64,000 nucleotides of DNA from Entomortierella parvispora E1425. Taxonomy: Eukaryota > Fungi > Mortierellomycota. The notes beneath the pieces were generated by a model. The model had not been told where the DNA came from. It searched no databases and saw only the letters and a list, made by a program, of their open reading frames with translations. Of this stretch, positions 58,872-64,000 are shown one piece after another (within the stretch, counting starts at the first letter, position 1; each line of letters opens with the position of its first letter). Position numbers and translations under genes: made by a program. The stretch spans positions 496,001 through 560,000 of the forward strand of contig BQFW01000007.1 of NCBI GenBank assembly GCA_020891255.1, given 5' to 3'.

Positions 58872-61800
58872 TCACTTTGACAACTTTGACTTTTTGGCGG
58901 AACCTCGTCTTTCTGAGGGACTTGAAGGTGCAGAGATGTCTACGGATGGAGATGAAGGGGTTGAGGATCCTCCACGTTGCTTCTTTGCCTTTTTGGTGGT
59001 AGGGGTTGAGCGGGGAATGATCGCCCCACTGGAGGAATTCGATTTTCCAGTTCTGAAGCTGGTGGTGTACCGATTCGCGTTCAGTTTAGCAGGGGATCCC
59101 GCAGGGCTTTGAGACGCGAACGTAGGAACCGAGGCGGCGACTGAAGCTGATACGGAGCCTCTCGAGCTTTGCTTTCCTGCCAAGAGATCCCAATGACTCG
59201 GTGCAAAATCGTCATCCACCTCTTCGCTATCACTGCCACTGCTGCTGGTATCTGAATTATTGGGTCGCGGGCGCCTGCGCGAAAGGTCTGTTGAAGCAGA
59301 GCTAGCAACTGGGGAAGTCGCTGAAGCCGCTGCTGCCGCTGCCTCCTCCTCTTGCATCTTTTTCCTTGCCGCCAATCTGACCTCAATATTCTTGGATTGA
59401 AGTTGCTTCTTGGCAGCCGTTACAGCCTCTGGGACACGAAGCTGCGCAGTTCTGGAAGACGAAGCGCTGACCTTCCGGGCCCTCTTTTGTGGCTCTGCAG
59501 TGTCGCTGTCGGAATCACTAATTACGATCGCAGGCCCATCTGCCTCCTTTGCTTCTCCAGCAGCACCCTCCGCGGCACCGCTCTTCTCCTCCCCGTCCTC
59601 TTGCTGACTCTGTTTCTTCTTTTGTTTCTTGGAAGCGCCGGTCGATCCAGCGGTGGTGGCGGTCTTCCGTTTCGCAGGCGTCTTTTTCGTTTTCTTGGCC
59701 GGTGCCTCGTCGCCGACCATGCTAGTGTCACTGTCTACAGGAGACGACGTAGCCGAATCTTTACTACCACCATTCCCGCTGCCTCCTGTGAGTCCACTAA
59801 CAATCTTGCGCAACCTCGCACTCTTGTGCAGGGTCTTTCTGACAGGAGGCTGAAATACACCTGTGCCGACCGAGGCATCAAAAAATCCATCCAAGGTCGT
59901 CTGTGTACCTTCCGCATGTGCCCTAGACATTTGTCGAATGATGGGCAAGAGCAATCGATCAACCTCTGCACGATCCCAGCCAAGTGTCAACCGGAGGTAA
60001 TCCCGCAGTCCGTCCAGATCCGGGATACCCCATTGGAAACGTGTGGGGTCATCGTCGACCATGGGTTGGATATAGGCATCCGCAATGTGCGGGTCTGGAA
60101 ACGAGCTCGGCATCTCGATCTTCTTACAAGACTTTGCCTATTAAAACGAAAATATTAATTCATTTGAACCAAAAGGTGGACATGTGCACTGCGGACAAAA
60201 AAATTGAATAACAACAACCAACTGTACCAATTTATCCAGGGCAATCTCGTCCACAGAGTCCAGATCCCAATCATCTTCCTCAATCTCATCATCAATACTG
60301 TCCTTGACTGCTTTGGCCTCGTCCTCTGGCTTGTCCTTCTTGACCAGCTCACCTCGCCACCACTTGGCAAAATTCTCCAGTTTGGGGAACAGTCGCAAGA
60401 TTTCCATGGCGGTGACAATACCGATGCCCTTGATGCCGGGGGTGTAATCACTTCCGAGGAGATAGGCCAGCTCCACTAGTCGATTTCGACCGACGCCGAG
60501 ATCCCGCTCAATGTCGCTCATCAGATAACACTCGACATATTTTTCCTCCTTGAACATGTTCTTGAAGACTCTCATTCCTCCAAACAAGAACACATCGCTA
60601 TCCTCTGTCAAGATGCCGTCCACAACCCCACGGATCTGGAGGTCCGCACATTGCGCCTCGGCCTCCATGGGTGCCACAATATAGGGGATTCCAAAGAGCT
60701 TGAGCAGCATCTGAGTATCGGCAACCATGGTCTCTGTCAGATCATCCGCATTGCGTTGTTGCTTACGACGTTGATCTTGCAGGATTTTGATCTCGCTTTC
60801 CAACGCTCTGGATTCCTGGAACATCCGGGTAGCGTCCTGCTGATCCAGAGCTGCCTGCTCCTCTGCAGTAAGCACAGGGGCTGGCGAGGGTGAAGGTGCT
60901 TTTGGAGCCAGGACAAACGCCCCTGGGAGCGTGGCCATCTCGGGGAAGAGTTGCGTGAAATTGTGCTCTTCGTTTTCGAGATCGACTTCGTGCGCCTCAT
61001 CTTCGTCCTCATCGGCATCCTCATCCTTCTGCTCCTCTTCATCGTCCTCCTCAACACGCTCTCCCATCTTTGAGAGCTCCTCTAGCGCAAAGTCAAAGTC
61101 TCTTTCCACCTCATCATCCAGATCATCGACGACCTTCACAGGAACCGAGACTTCGCCCGGGGTGACCTCCACAGATGCTCTATCAGAGACAACTTCTGAT
61201 TTTTGTTCAGGCTCGTTCACTGGGTGAACGTCCTCTGTTTCTGTTTCTGTTTCCATGTCCAAGTCGACCACGACGGTCTTTGTTGATGAACCCGTGCTTG
61301 CACGAGAGGTAATGTCTGACAGAACCGTGGTGGTAGGCTTTCGTCGGAAAATGGATGTCGAGAGATCTAGTTTCATACCCTCATCCGCTTTCGTCTCCTC
61401 GGCAACCGAAACGGACGTCTCGAGCGGAGCAATAGTTGCCGGTTGTAGTATGCTGTGGATGATTTGATCCGCCGTCACCAACCCCTGAGTAGAGGGCGAT
61501 TCGTACCTGGAGGTGAGGCGTTCGTCCTCGTCTTCATCTTCATCGTCGTCGAACAAGATAGACTGCGAGAGTCGGCTCTTTGGCTTCTCTGGACTCCTCT
61601 CCGCCTCTACTATCTCAAGCTCTGGTAATTGCGCCGCGTCGTCTGATGGCGGAGGGATCTGGGTCATCAACTCCTGGGCCTGTCTCCAGCTTTGGACCGA
61701 AGTCAAAAATGTCAACCAAAACTGGAGGGCATCGATCCCGTCCACGTCATTCACGTTCGACTTGTCCAGCTTTCTGGTGGCGGAATGTATCTCCCCCTCC

Positions 61801-63867
61801 AGGTCATCCTCGCTCCAGTCAAATATGGCGTCCCGGATCATCCATTCATAATTATCATTCCGGTTCTTGAACGATTCAGCAGTATGTCCGGTCCAGTAAC
61901 TGAAAAAAGCTTCCTGATCCAGACGATTTTCCTCTTCGATGGAGAGGGCTCTTCCATTAGGAGGCTGAGCCTGGTTCTCTTGATCGACATTATACTTTAG
62001 ATCGTGTTCCTGCCGAGTAATGATCTCTCCCGTGTTCTCGTCTTCAACAAGATCGTCAAATGCAGAGTAATCCGTCATCTGATCCGGGTTGATGGTTTCG
62101 AAAGAGTTTTCGTTGTCGGAAAGAACATCGGGCCAATCTGGACTATGGCCAGCCTGGATTAACCGAAGTCGTGCTGCTTCATGGTCCTTATTATCAATAT
62201 CATTAATGACACCGAGTCCAGTGGTGGCACCTGGGTTGCTTTCAGCATTTCGCCTACTAGATTGTTCATTATCCAGCTGTGCAAATTTGGCCATGACCTT
62301 CTCAATAGACTCGTCCTCGTCCATGTATGCCTCGGGATGATCTATAATGGAGTCCACACGAGGTATTGCTGGTGCTGGAAGAGGAGGGGTCTCGACTTTA
62401 GTCGTCAGTCTTGGCGATAGTGTTGCCTTGAGGGGGGTATATAATGGTACCGCCTCCAAGTTGGGGATCTTCACCTCCTCAAATTCCACGCCGTCCTCGT
62501 CGTCACTCTCCCACTGATCCTCGTCGCCATCCTGTAGGTCTACCTGCTCCTTTTTGGGCTTGATATCTTCATCGGGATCCAGATTAACAGGCCGCTCAGC
62601 TGTTACGCCCTCTGTTGGCTTTCTCCCGCCCAAGACCCATCCGCCTTCCTCATTCTTGACCAAGAGGTATTGTCGATTTCTTTGGGATGCAATCCTGCCG
62701 GGCTTGGCTGTTGTTTCATCGCCAATCTTGCTAACGGCCTGATTGACCGAGAGAAGCTTGTGTGTGACAGTGTTCCGTCGGATCACTCCTTCGACCTGTA
62801 GCTTTGAAAAGTCCATCGGGGTCTCGGACAACCGAACCATTTCCTGCACACGCTCATACGAGGTGACTCTGGATCGCAAACGGATATCGTGCAAAATTTC
62901 ATATTGAAGTTCAGATGGTAGGGCCTTGAAGACATCCGAGTCAATGTTGGCAACGCCGCCTTCCCGTTTGAAATCGTTCAAGAATGTGTTGACATCATCA
63001 TCGTCCTGTTGGTTGAATCCGAACCGTTCATCGTAGCTCCGAATCTTGGCCAAGGTCTCGAAATCAGTATCCATAGGGGGTAGCACATAGTTGTCCTTGA
63101 TGCGTTTAGCGTTGCTTCCTGTCGTAGCTCCGGTTCCAGTGGCTGTGACTTCGGGGGCTGTCGAGGTCACAGCATTGACAATATCATCCAGATAGTTTGG
63201 GTCCTCGATCGAGTCATGTACAACTTCCACACCTGAGCTTCCTGAAGACTGGGCTTTCTTTTCCTCGGCCTTTTTCTTTCTGTAAGATCATTATAAGAAC
63301 ACGGTTTCAATGAGTTTTTGTTGAAAAGGAATCAGATGTGAAAAGATGAAAAAGAATAAGAAAACAAAATTATATGGGAAAAAAAAGTGGTTTACCTTGC
63401 AGCTTTACGCTGCTCGAGAGCATGAAGACGGAGCTGAGCTGCTAGCAGCTTCTCGGCGGTTCGCTTGACCTGGTTGACATCGTGGTGCTTGCGTCGCTGG
63501 CGCTCTTGCTATAAACAATGGCCCATTTCGAACAAATTAATCGTTGATTTTTAGATTACCGATGCTCCGCATAAAAACAGGGAAAACAATCTCCAAAAGT
63601 TACAATTGTCTTTCGCTTCAAGGCCGGAGTGCCGCCATCGTAGATAAAGATGGGTTTGATGTTGTAAAAGAGCAGCTTGCAGATGCGTCTGAAGAATCCA
63701 ATCAAGTGGGCGTTGCCGATAGCTTGACCTTCCTGATCACGCATTCCACGCAGGAACTGATGGAGCCAGATACTGGCATCGATCGCCAGCTGCTTGTTGG
63801 CGAGTGTTTCTAGCTTGATGGGTCGAGCGACCGGGTGCAAGAGCTCCCAGAGACCCTTCACACCCAT
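58872..63867 (-). CDS. RAD2: XPG/Rad2 structure-specific endonuclease (ERCC5), multi-exon
   Basis: N domain MGVKGLW...[12 protein letters not shown]...[14 protein letters not shown]; UBM-like [13 protein letters not shown]; I domain [18 protein letters not shown]...[12 protein letters not shown]; H2[16 protein letters not shown]; PIP box QTTLDGFF. Confidence 0.95.
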
Positions 63868-64000
63868 GGCGGCGGTGTTGGGCTTGGCGTGGCGTGGGGG
63901 CTGATATTATTAACAAAGAAGAAGGAAGGGCCGGGGAGTGTCAGGTAACCGACAGTGGCGGAGTCGTCCAAATATAACAAAAAGGGGGGTGCGGTGTGGT

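Noticed and set aside
1-64000. tRNA, rRNA, spliceosomal snRNA, ribozyme, transposase or reverse transcriptase, U12-type introns, in-frame Sec codons
   Set aside because: No diagnostic motifs seen by eye; tRNAscan-SE, Infernal and RepeatMasker were not run, so weak instances could be missed.

Overview
Gene-dense, intron-rich eukaryotic DNA with short GT-AG introns. The gene content (CotH, Integrator subunit INTS2, full-length neurofibromin, F-box/LRR gene, FAD-monooxygenase array) suggests an early-diverging fungus, probably Mortierellaceae-like; this is an inference. I can support 17 protein-coding genes: CotH kinase-fold protein, GliK-like gamma-glutamylcyclotransferase, arrestin-fold protein, DID2/CHMP1, INTS2, NF1, a ZNFX1-type helicase with NF-X1 and RZ zinc fingers, an F-box/LRR protein, an M16A insulinase, four tandem FAD monooxygenases, kinesin-7, a GT15 mannosyltransferase, a GDPD and RAD2/XPG. 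The main unexplained structure lies about 470 bp downstream of the ZNFX1 stop: a ~3.45-kb non-coding palindrome with two ~1.6-kb near-identical arms (32494-34093 and 34342-35942) around a 248-bp spacer. The arms carry 15-16 nt CATCATACATCAAGG tandem repeats, begin and end with TATA|GGGGTG...CACCCC|TATA, and have older degenerate homology beyond their outer ends. Smaller points of interest are a 6-nt micro-exon completing the kinesin P-loop motif and two GC-AG introns. No rRNA, tRNA, CRISPR array or transposase was recognised. Exon models were derived by eye and are unverified by RNA data.
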